This document shows positions 1 through 8,115 of a DNA stretch of 25,922 nt, one piece after another. This DNA is from a virus (taxonomy: Duplodnaviria; Caudoviricetes), in the IMG/VR virus record IMGVR_UViG_3300032282_004584, positions 1 through 25,922 of that record, one strand, 5' to 3'. Made by a program: the position numbers and the translations under genes. The stretch's first letter is position 1. The number at the start of each line of letters is the position of its first letter. The notes beneath the pieces were generated by a model. The model was given only the letters and a program-made list of their open reading frames with translations, had not been told where the DNA came from and made no database searches.

Positions 1-3000
1 ACTTCATATTGTTCTCCATCTACATCAACAGTAAAATACTTTTGGTTACCTGAAGCAAAAAATACATCTTTAACGTCTATAACTTTTAAGTCTTTTCCAT
101 ATAAATTACTTAAAGAAGCCATATAAGGCATGTCTTTAGCTATTTTTATTACATTTCCAACATTACCTCCAGTTTCCATTTTTGAAAACATTTCTTTAGA
201 TATTTTTTTTAATTCCATATTTAAGTCTTCTAACCAAAAGTCTCTATCACTTCGTAATTTATCTAAAGTTTTATTATGGTTTTCAAATATTTCATTGTAT
301 TTCTTTGCGTAATCATCATAAGCTTCTTTATCTTGAGCTTTTCCACTTTTAATATAAGTCAAACCTAATTCATTAAGTTTTTCCATTCCTTCTTTTTGCT
401 CTTTATTGAACTTAGCATATTGTTCATTAAATAACTCTTCGTATTCTTTATAGATACTATTTATTTTATTAGAAACTTCTGTGTATTTTTTCCCTAAGTA
501 TTCTAATCTATCCAATTTATTTTCAAGATTACCTCCAGTTTCTTTTTTATCATTTTTAAAGCTTTCTTTTATGTTATGGATTTCTGCCATCAACAAAGAT
601 TTATCTCTGTCTGTTGAATATTCTTTTCCGTCAAAAGTTATAAATCCTTTCTCTATATCTTCTAAAATATGTTCAAACTTTAATTCTTGTGGCTGTGAAT
701 TTTCAAATCTTGTAACTCTTTTAACTAATACTCCATCTTTTGTATAGCCTTCAATTTTCATAATATAACTAGAAGGTTTTTCTGTTATAGTATTTCCTTT
801 GGCTAAATAATATAAATTTTCCATTATTTTTGGTTTTTCAATTGTTTCTAATTTTGTATAATATTTTGGGTCTTCTTTTAAATGTTCTTTTGCTATGCTT
901 TTTGCAGATTGTTCTGGAGTAATTTGACGTTGGTATAACTTTTCTGCTGTTCCAATATGTTCTTTTTCTGCTTCTATTCCTTTTTTAAGTTCTCCACCTA
1001 ATTCCATTATTTGCTCATCAAAAGTAACAACATTGTTTATATCGTCGTAGTTGTTTACTCTTATTTTATTTTCTTTAATATATTCTTTTACGTTATTATA
1101 GTCTTCTTCATTTGGAAATTTATAAACTGACCTAATCACGCTTGATATATCTTTACCATTAAAATCATTTAAAAAATCAAAATGATATTTTCCAGTTTTT
1201 TGTACGTAATCTCTTCCACCTATGGCTACATTTTGTATTTGTTTACTTACTAAATCTTTCGACTCAAAATTTAAACTACCATCTGCGTTTTTAGTTACAG
1301 CATAATATAAAGTTTTGGTTTTATCTCCTATTATTTCTACTCTATCTAAATCTTTATCTACTTCAAACATTACTTTAGCCGCGTCTTTAGCTTTTTCTAT
1401 TCCATTTACTTTATCAAATAAAGAATGGTACATTACATCAACATTTGGAGTTTTTATAAGTCCATGTATGCTAAAATAAATATCTGCTTTGTTTATATTT
1501 CCACCTGTTTGCATTTGTATTAAATGTTGTTTGTTATTACCTATCTCAAAAGATGCTTCACCTAAAGCAAGTTCTTTCACTCTATTTAAAAAATTATTAT
1601 ATCTTACATTTCTATCTTCAAAACTACCTTTGCCATAATCTTCTATATTTTCTACATAATCTAATCCTCTTAGCTTTTTACTAATTAGTATTATTGAATT
1701 TATCCAATCTACAGATATTGAAGTTCCATCTTTTAATTCAAATTCTGTTAACCCATTTTGATTTGGTTTATTTTTTTGTTGCCATTTTTTAAATTCAATT
1801 TCTCCTCCAAATTCCATTTTAGTAACTCCAAGTTCAGCAAGTTTTTTGTTAAATTTATCAATTTCTTTTTGCTCTCTTTTTATCATGTTTTCATATTGAG
1901 TATAATTGGCATTGAAAGTTCTCCAAGATTTAATCAAATAATCTTTATATTCTTTTTGACTTTGTAAATATTTTTCTTTGCTGTAATCAAAGTTTTTATT
2001 TGCTCCTCTTTCAACTATTGTTTCCCAAGAAGTATCATTTGTTCTCCACGAATCTGGTTTATCTTCTCTTGATAATTTTTCTACTTCTAAATTTGAAAGT
2101 TTTGAATTTTCTTTTGCTTCATTAAGTTTAACTTCATATTTAGCAATAGCATTTTTAGCATAAGAAATTTGCTCTTGAATTTTTTGAGCTTTAGTCATTT
2201 TTTTATACTGCTCATTTAATTTTTCATATTCTGGATTACTCTTTTTATTAGGTAAAGTAGTATGAACTATGTATCTTAAATGCAGTTTTTGAATATTGTA
2301 ACCTCCAGCTATTATAACTTCTGTTGAAAAATAATATTCTTTTTCTTCTCTAACTATTATACATGAAATTGTTATAGAACCTTGTTGTTTTGAGAATTTT
2401 AAATCTTTTATTGAATCTGTTTTTTCTAAATAATTTCCTATTGCTTTAGTTAAGTCCATTACAAGCATAAATTGATACATTTCAATATCCCAATCCGATA
2501 GCTTTATTTTTCCTTCTTCATTTATTGCTTTAATCCATTTTTCAGTTAATTCATCTTGATAAGGCTTTACTTTTTCTAAAATTATATTTAAAGGTGAGTT
2601 TTGAATTGGTCCTCCTAAATCCATTTTTAATTCTTTAGCATCAATTTTTGCTGCTTTACCTCCCATAACTGCACTATATACTCTACCCATACCCCATTGT
2701 TCTTCAGATTTTACTGTTGGTCTTACGCTTTGTGGGTTTGTATTATATGCTCCTACTCCTTTGTTATAAATTTGTTGAAGTCCTTTTTTAGAAACTTTAG
2801 TATCTTTTGCTATTTCTTTTAAATCATGGCTTTCATTTTTATCATAGCCATATTTTTTATTATATTTTTGTTTGTAAGTTACTGGACCACCTTCTTTTTT
2901 CTTACTATACTTTTTATCGATTTCTTTTTGGATTAAGTCTTTCATATATGGCCAACCTTTGTCACTTTTATCTACCCATTTAAGCATTGCTACTGTTCCA

Positions 3001-3665
3001 GCAATTCTAAAATCTTTATGGTGACGAGCAACATAGCTTCTCCATTTTTTATACATCCATTCTTCATTATCTGTCCAATATCCACGTTTTAAAACTCTTT
3101 CTAAATTTTTAAAAGCTTCGTTGCCAAAAATGTTGCCTCCCATATCCCAAACTTTAGGATATTTTTGTTTAACCATTTTAGCAAAATTATATATTTTTTT
3201 ACTTGGCAAATGGTTTGGGTTAAATTCTATTTTACCACCTCCAGCAAATTCTTCTGGGTCTTCATCTACTCCAACATCACTTCCATGAATAGGTACTCCA
3301 TTTCCAGCGCTTTGATTTATTTTACTTAATTCTTTCCAATGTTTTTGAGAAGCTTCTTTATTTACAACAAACTCATCTCCTTCAACTTCAATTTTTTTAC
3401 CTCCATCTACTTCAACTGGTATTCCACCTAATGAATTTCCATTTTTATCGTAGTGAGGTTTACCTTTTAAAAGTCCACCATCAGTTCCATCAGTTGTTAC
3501 TCCTTGTTTTGGAGAATCTAAGCCGTCATTGTTAATATCAATAAGTTTATCTAAATTTTGTTTAGTAGCTTTTTTGTTAATAATAACTTGGCCAGCTTCC
3601 ATTTTTGTAGGGTTATTTTTATTTCCTACTATTATAGATGTTTTTTTATGTTTCCAACCTGCCAT
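1..3665 (-). CDS. Large multidomain (polyvalent/polyprotein-like) protein, >1,220 aa, 3' end runs off the window
   Basis: Hand translation from ATG at 3665 (MAGWKHKKTSIIVGNKNNPTKMEAGQVIINK...) stays open to base 1, with frame checked at several points. It is absent from the ORF track because it has no stop in the window. It contains a GGLLKGKPH..GGIPV..IEVEGDEFVVNK module, a DUF5824-like segment (LQQIYNKGVGAY..RP..EQWGMGRVYS), a DUF5661-like segment (GIEAEKEH..IAKEHLKEDPKYYTKL) and 8 xxxGGx[ILV] linkers. Confidence 0.88.
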   Translation of the reverse strand, partial: MAGWKHKKTSIIVGNKNNPTKMEAGQVIINKKATKQNLDKLIDINNDGLDSPKQGVTTDGTDGGLLKGKPHYDKNGNSLGGIPVEVDGGKKIEVEGDEFVVNKEASQKHWKELSKINQSAGNGVPIHGSDVGVDEDPEEFAGGGKIEFNPNHLPSKKIYNFAKMVKQKYPKVWDMGGNIFGNEAFKNLERVLKRGYWTDNEEWMYKKWRSYVARHHKDFRIAGTVAMLKWVDKSDKGWPYMKDLIQKEIDKKYSKKKEGGPVTYKQKYNKKYGYDKNESHDLKEIAKDTKVSKKGLQQIYNKGVGAYNTNPQSVRPTVKSEEQWGMGRVYSAVMGGKAAKIDAKELKMDLGGPIQNSPLNIILEKVKPYQDELTEKWIKAINEEGKIKLSDWDIEMYQFMLVMDLTKAIGNYLEKTDSIKDLKFSKQQGSITISCIIVREEKEYYFSTEVIIAGGYNIQKLHLRYIVHTTLPNKKSNPEYEKLNEQYKKMTKAQKIQEQISYAKNAIAKYEVKLNEAKENSKLSNLEVEKLSREDKPDSWRTNDTSWETIVERGANKNFDYSKEKYLQSQKEYKDYLIKSWRTFNANYTQYENMIKREQKEIDKFNKKLAELGVTKMEFGGEIEFKKWQQKNKPNQNGLTEFELKDGTSISVDWINSIILISKKLRGLDYVENIEDYGKGSFEDRNVRYNNFLNRVKELALGEASFEIGNNKQHLIQMQTGGNINKADIYFSIHGLIKTPNVDVMYHSLFDKVNGIEKAKDAAKVMFEVDKDLDRVEIIGDKTKTLYYAVTKNADGSLNFESKDLVSKQIQNVAIGGRDYVQKTGKYHFDFLNDFNGKDISSVIRSVYKFPNEEDYNNVKEYIKENKIRVNNYDDINNVVTFDEQIMELGGELKKGIEAEKEHIGTAEKLYQRQITPEQSAKSIAKEHLKEDPKYYTKLETIEKPKIMENLYYLAKGNTITEKPSSYIMKIEGYTKDGVLVKRVTRFENSQPQELKFEHILEDIEKGFITFDGKEYSTDRDKSLLMAEIHNIKESFKNDKKETGGNLENKLDRLEYLGKKYTEVSNKINSIYKEYEELFNEQYAKFNKEQKEGMEKLNELGLTYIKSGKAQDKEAYDDYAKKYNEIFENHNKTLDKLRSDRDFWLEDLNMELKKISKEMFSKMETGGNVGNVIKIAKDMPYMASLSNLYGKDLKVIDVKDVFFASGNQKYFTVDVDGEQYE

Positions 3666-3666
3666 T

Positions 3667-4512
3667 TTAAAGTCCTCCTATTGTATAAATAAATTCTTTA
3701 GTAGTTCCACCTTTTTCATAACGAATATCTGGGTTACTACTGTCAAAAGTCGTGTTTGTGCCATCTGCGAGTTTTATATTAGTAAATTTACCATCTTTAT
3801 TTGGAAATACTAAATATGTAGTTCCTATGTAATCTTGACTTTGATATTTATACAATTCAGAAGATTCGCTCAACTCAACAATATTTTCTGCTTTCACTCC
3901 ATCAACTTTTTCAACTACTTTTTTTCTTCCAAAATTATCCCATCCAACATAACCTTCAGTTAAAAAATTCATAGCTTCACGACCTGTTTTAATATCATAT
4001 CCTGCATCGACTTTTAAGTTTTGATATGCTTCTATGCCCGACATACCTTTTCCATCAAATGTTACAATCTTTCTTAAATTTAAAAATGCTTCATAAACAC
4101 GACCATACTTCATTAAATATAATTCTTTAGTTAATTTATCATATTCAATGTTATTTCTAACCTTACTTATTTTATCTTCAAGATTTTTTATTTTATTTTT
4201 CCACTCCTCTGTTTTATCAATTTGTTTTCTTTGATAAACTTTTGGAATGTTTTTATTAGTTGTAAAATAAACCCCATACTCTTTTAATCCACTTGACTTA
4301 ACAAGATTTTCATTAAGTAAAAATTCAGTAATTATTCCATTCGGACTTCCATGAAATACAACTAAAGGCTCTCCATTGTCATCAACGACTTTACTTGCAT
4401 TTTTAGGGTCATTTTCCCAATCCCCAAACCAATTTTTAAAAGCAGAAGTGCGAACTAATTTATATTGTTCGGCAGTCAAGTTGCTTGGTTTTCCATTAGG
4501 TGCTAAATTCAT
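3667..4512 (-). CDS. ART-PolyVal-like ADP-ribosyltransferase-fold protein with C-terminal FxYxIGGL tag
   Basis: Motifs FKNWFGDW..SKVVDDNGEPLVVFHGS, GVYFT, VYEAFLNLRK, DGV and YLVF..NIKLADGTNTTFDSSNPDIRY match the ART-PolyVal domain of phage/plasmid polyvalent proteins. Confidence 0.72.
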   Translation of the reverse strand: MNLAPNGKPSNLTAEQYKLVRTSAFKNWFGDWENDPKNASKVVDDNGEPLVVFHGSPNGIITEFLLNENLVKSSGLKEYGVYFTTNKNIPKVYQRKQIDKTEEWKNKIKNLEDKISKVRNNIEYDKLTKELYLMKYGRVYEAFLNLRKIVTFDGKGMSGIEAYQNLKVDAGYDIKTGREAMNFLTEGYVGWDNFGRKKVVEKVDGVKAENIVELSESSELYKYQSQDYIGTTYLVFPNKDGKFTNIKLADGTNTTFDSSNPDIRYEKGGTTKEFIYTIGGL

Positions 4513-4832
4513 AAACCTCCTATCTGGTATTCAAATTTTGATGAAATTTCACCTCCATCTTTCATTACTTTATTTTTAATTATTTCTGTTTCAACAATTA
4601 TAAAATTTTTTTTAAAATCATTTCCAAATTTTACCTCTTCAAAATCCTTTAATAATTTTTCTTTTGAATTTGAAAATTTAACGTAATTAGTATAAATTCC
4701 TTGATTATCTAATAAACAATATTTATATTCTCCGACTTTACTAAATTTTTGATTTTTAGAATTAGTAGCAATAGAAAAATAATCTGACTTATTTCTCTTT
4801 TTTATTGTATTTGGTTTAACTAATCTGCCCAT
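4509..4832 (-). CDS. Hypothetical protein with C-terminal MKDGG...FEYQIGGL tag
   Basis: 107-aa ORF with ATGA overlap to the next gene. It shares its C-terminal motif with both neighbours. Confidence 0.8.
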   Translation of the reverse strand: MGRLVKPNTIKKRNKSDYFSIATNSKNQKFSKVGEYKYCLLDNQGIYTNYVKFSNSKEKLLKDFEEVKFGNDFKKNFIIVETEIIKNKVMKDGGEISSKFEYQIGGL

Positions 4833-4834
4833 TT

Positions 4835-5563
4835 TTATAGCCCTCCTATTGCATATTCAAAGTTTTTAATAATTCCACCACTATTATAAGTATCTTTATT
4901 AGATAAGTTTATTATGTTGGCGTTTTCTATATAGTTAATTTCAAGTTCTGGTATTAAGTAATGTTTTTTCAAAGTTCCTTTACCGTGTCCTATTTTTTCT
5001 GCTATACTTTTTAATGTTTCACTAAATATTTTTTTTCTATCTTTTTCTTCTTTTGGTAAATCTTTAGCTTCTAATTTTTTTATAATCCAATTATTAGCTG
5101 AATAACCTCTAATGTCTTTTGCTGTAATATTAAATTCACTTAAATATCTATTAACTCTATCATTAGAAATTTTAAATCCATTAGAAGTTACAAATACATC
5201 ATTTGAATTATTATTTTTTATTACTTCTTTTAAAGCTTTTGCTATTTTAGCGTCACTAAAACTTTTTTCTTGTTCAACCCCAGATTTACCAACATATTTT
5301 AAAGTAATATTATTACCATTTATTTTAATGTGTCTCTTTTTTAATCCTGTAACTCCATAATGACCATTTTCTGCTGAGTTATTATTTCCTACTCTTTCTC
5401 CTGTTTTATCCATAATAGAAATAACAAGAGCCGTCAATTTATCTTTCTCATTCTTACTATTCAAATCTCTAGTAAGATTTAACCTTAATTTTCTTAAATT
5501 ATTCGCAAGAGTTTCGATGTGGTTCTTTTTCTTTTCCCATCTATTTGCAATTTCTTGTTCCAA
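4835..5563 (-). CDS. DNA topoisomerase IB catalytic-core protein with C-terminal FxYxIGGL tag
   Basis: The TopIB catalytic pentad is present in order: R (TGERVGN), K (YVGKSG), R (TAKDIRG), H and Y (IGHGKGTLKKHY). The H-to-Y spacing of 9 matches vaccinia H265/Y274. It also has a YGVTGL motif and a TTG start. Confidence 0.85.
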   Translation of the reverse strand: MEQEIANRWEKKKNHIETLANNLRKLRLNLTRDLNSKNEKDKLTALVISIMDKTGERVGNNNSAENGHYGVTGLKKRHIKINGNNITLKYVGKSGVEQEKSFSDAKIAKALKEVIKNNNSNDVFVTSNGFKISNDRVNRYLSEFNITAKDIRGYSANNWIIKKLEAKDLPKEEKDRKKIFSETLKSIAEKIGHGKGTLKKHYLIPELEINYIENANIINLSNKDTYNSGGIIKNFEYAIGGL

Positions 5564-5581
5564 AGAGTTTTAATTAAAATA

Positions 5582-5639
5582 CAAAAATAAAAACAATAAT
5601 TGAATAAAAAAAATTTATTTTTGGTTTTATACAAATGTA
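5582..5639 (-). promoter_or_regulatory. Two Bacteroidota-type -7 boxes (TACATTTG 5632-5639; TATTTTTG 5582-5589) upstream of the TopIB/tagged-protein operon
   Basis: Matches to TAnnTTTG in the only intergenic gap before the tagged genes. Confidence 0.5.
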
Positions 5640-5643
5640 ACAA

Positions 5644-6108
5644 TCACTTAATATTAAAATAGTTTTTTATTTCTTTTATAGCTTCTTCTGCTCCAAAACA
5701 GCACTCCGCCTTATATTTTATTTTATTTAATCTTTTTAATAAATCTTCTTGTTCTTCACTTAATTTGCCTTTTGATATAGTAATTTTGCCTATATTTTTA
5801 CCTTTTTTTACTACTCTTTCATGTTCTGGAGCTTTTAATTCAATCATTAGTCCATTATATTGTAGTTCTTTATAAACATTACCAAATTCGTCTTTTTTTG
5901 GTTCACTATGTTTTGGATGTAAAATGATAAAATCTGGACATCCTTTTAATATACCCATAATTGATGCTTTATATCTTTCAAAAGCACTTTTTTTGCCTTC
6001 ATTAGGGACATGAAAAGCAATTACGTTTGGTAAATTTTCTTTTAACCAATTAACTACTTTAACGTGTTCTTTATCTTCGTAGGTTAACCACTTTTCAAAT
6101 GGATTCAT
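5644..6108 (-). CDS. VRR-NUC family PD-(D/E)XK endonuclease
   Basis: FHVPNEG..GILKGCPDFIIL..GLMIELKAP..GKLSEEQ motifs. Confidence 0.85.
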   Translation of the reverse strand: MNPFEKWLTYEDKEHVKVVNWLKENLPNVIAFHVPNEGKKSAFERYKASIMGILKGCPDFIILHPKHSEPKKDEFGNVYKELQYNGLMIELKAPEHERVVKKGKNIGKITISKGKLSEEQEDLLKRLNKIKYKAECCFGAEEAIKEIKNYFNIK

Positions 6109-6349
6109 TTTCTTTTTTTATTTGATATTTTACCATTTTTTGAACTCTTGCTATAATATTTTGAGGACTAAATCTATTTTCTAATAAGCCTACAAAAAAT
6201 TCTTCAAATTCCATTTCTTCATTTACTCCTTCATATTTCCAAATATAACCAGAAAGCAAGTTTAAATCATTAACACAATCTGGATTTTCTTCAAATGCTT
6301 TTTTTATTAAAGGTACAAGATGCTTTGTTTTTTGTTTTAAGTAACTCAT
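6095..6349 (-). CDS. Hypothetical protein
   Basis: ORF track gives 6095..6397 (TTG). The ATG at 6349 (MSYLKQ) overlaps the upstream RHH stop as ATGA and is the more likely start. Confidence 0.65.
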   Translation of the reverse strand: MSYLKQKTKHLVPLIKKAFEENPDCVNDLNLLSGYIWKYEGVNEEMEFEEFFVGLLENRFSPQNIIARVQKMVKYQIKKENESI

Positions 6350-6495
6350 TTTTTTACTTTTTGTAAATAAGCATCTAATATCTTTTGAACGTACCAATTT
6401 ACTTTTCTATCAGATTTTATACATATTTCTGACAATTGTTCTAAAGTAGAAACTTTAAGTCTAAAGCTTTTTATTTTTGTTTTTTCGGCTGGCAT
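6346..6495 (-). CDS. Small ribbon-helix-helix (CopG/Arc-like) DNA-binding protein, 49 aa
   Basis: Hand translation MPAEKTKIKSFRLKVSTLEQLSEICIKSDRKVNWYVQKILDAYLQKVKK shows a beta strand (KSFRL) plus two amphipathic helices. It is below the ORF-track length cutoff. Confidence 0.65.
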   Translation of the reverse strand: MPAEKTKIKSFRLKVSTLEQLSEICIKSDRKVNWYVQKILDAYLQKVKK

Positions 6496-6677
6496 GTGTT
6501 GCAATTTAAAGTATATTCTGAAGAGTTCAAATATCTATCTAAAATTCTATTTTTTTCTTCTAACAAATAGTTATACTCTCCTTTTCCAATTTCTTTTTCT
6601 GGAGATTCTGGATATTTTACAAAATATTTTCCACTAGTTTCTGATTGGTATAATTGGTATCTAATTAACTTTTCCAT
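6471..6677 (-). CDS. Hypothetical protein
   Basis: 68-aa ORF overlapping the RecT stop. Confidence 0.6.
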   Translation of the reverse strand: MEKLIRYQLYQSETSGKYFVKYPESPEKEIGKGEYNYLLEEKNRILDRYLNSSEYTLNCNTCQPKKQK

Positions 6678-7497
6678 TTTTACTTAGTTTTTTAAAATTA
6701 TCACTTTCAATTATTTTTATTTCTTCTAATTCTTTTACTTCTATATCTATTGTTTGGCTATTATTTTTTTCATTAATGTCTACGTATTCTATTTCCATAG
6801 TATCTGCATTTTTAATAATAGCTTGGTCTACGGTAATAGCTGTTTGCATTTCTACAGATAAAATGCCATATTTGCTTAATAACAACTTAATAACAGTTTT
6901 TAAAGCCATACTATCAAAATCTTGTTGCCATCTACCATATTTACTAGAATAAGACTTAGAATACTTATTGCCATGATTTTCTATTTGTTCTTTTGTCATG
7001 TACAACATTTTTTCAAATCCATTTAGTAGTTTAAAATAAGCAACGTAACCTATTATCTTATTAGTTCTTTTTTTAGTAGTATCAAGTTCAACTTCTCCAG
7101 TTATTCTATCATGTTTTACTAATTCACCATCATATACTTCACTAGCATTAATATTTTTATATTGCGCTGTTCTAAGAGCTAACTGTACAAATCCTTTATA
7201 ACCCATTTGAAATTGAGCTTGCTTAACAGTATTACCATTTTGGTCTTTACTATTATAAGGAACTATATGTGCAAATCCTAAATTTGATTGTATAGGCAAA
7301 TTTAAAGTTGCTGAAATTACCGCGCTTGAAATTATACTTTCAGGTTCACAATCTGCTAAAGATGGATTAGCTTTTGTTGCTGAAATAATACTACTCATAA
7401 ACGCATTTGCATTTTTACCTAATATCTCTGCAAATCTAGATTTTATAGATTCTTGAGATAAAATTGAACTAACCGTTTTTTTTGTTACATTTTCCAT
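6661..7497 (-). CDS. recT: RecT family single-strand annealing recombinase
   Basis: LGFAHIVPY, AQFQMGYKGFVQLALRT, IIGYVAYFKLLNGFEK and MALKTVIKLLLSKYGILS motifs. Confidence 0.92.
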   Translation of the reverse strand: MENVTKKTVSSILSQESIKSRFAEILGKNANAFMSSIISATKANPSLADCEPESIISSAVISATLNLPIQSNLGFAHIVPYNSKDQNGNTVKQAQFQMGYKGFVQLALRTAQYKNINASEVYDGELVKHDRITGEVELDTTKKRTNKIIGYVAYFKLLNGFEKMLYMTKEQIENHGNKYSKSYSSKYGRWQQDFDSMALKTVIKLLLSKYGILSVEMQTAITVDQAIIKNADTMEIEYVDINEKNNSQTIDIEVKELEEIKIIESDNFKKLSKNGKVN

Positions 7498-7500
7498 ATT

Positions 7501-8103
7501 TTATTTTTTTGGGTATATATAAATAATTCCTCTTTTCACTTCTGTTGAAGTTTCGTTACTGTTATAATGGTAATCATATTTTCCATAAATACTTTCAAGG
7601 TAAGGCTTCATGGTGTCATGGCTAATAATTACTCCATCGTAACTATCATATCCTAATTTTGGCTCATTTGGAACGTAGCAATCGTGAACTATTATACATG
7701 GTTTTAATCCACTTTCTTTTATTAGTTTTAATTCGTTTAATAAAGGCAAAGTTTGCCAATGTGAATCTATAAAAATAATAGTATTATCGTCACAGTTTTT
7801 TAACATTTCAGGTAACATTTGAACACTATTTCCTAATAAAGAAACTATATTAGTTAATCCTTTAGCTCTTTGTAACCCTATATTTCTAAATTGTTCATTT
7901 ATTTCTACTGTAATTACTTTTTCAAAATTTTCCGCAAACCATTTTGTTGAGCCAAAAACACAAGAGCCTAATTCTACAAGTGTTTTTATTTCATATTTTT
8001 CTTTAAGTTTTAAAAACTCTTGGCAAGCAAAAGTATCATTGTTTAATGGCTTAGATTGATAAGGCATTAAAATTGGTTCGTTTGGTAATAAATCTGTATA
8101 CAT
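7501..8103 (-). CDS. Class I SAM-dependent methyltransferase (Methyltransf_24-like)
   Basis: VELGSCVFGST motif I, VITVEIN, GNS, IFIDSHW and IIVHD. Confidence 0.7.
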   Translation of the reverse strand: MYTDLLPNEPILMPYQSKPLNNDTFACQEFLKLKEKYEIKTLVELGSCVFGSTKWFAENFEKVITVEINEQFRNIGLQRAKGLTNIVSLLGNSVQMLPEMLKNCDDNTIIFIDSHWQTLPLLNELKLIKESGLKPCIIVHDCYVPNEPKLGYDSYDGVIISHDTMKPYLESIYGKYDYHYNSNETSTEVKRGIIYIYPKK

Positions 8104-8115
8104 ATATATTTTTTT

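Noticed and set aside
3667-4850. IGG in the C-terminal tag explained purely as a Shine-Dalgarno AGGAGG for the next gene
   Set aside because: It is not sufficient as a sole explanation. Spacing to ATG is 8, 3 and 9 nt; I noticed no comparable SD before other genes; ATA and GGA are common codons here; and F, Y, L, the stop position and the upstream xxGG are also conserved. A dual role cannot be excluded.
4835-5563. Tyrosine integrase/prophage integration module
   Set aside because: The motifs (RVGN, YGVT, GKSG, KDIR) are TopIB-type, there is no HxLRH box, and no att-like context is visible.
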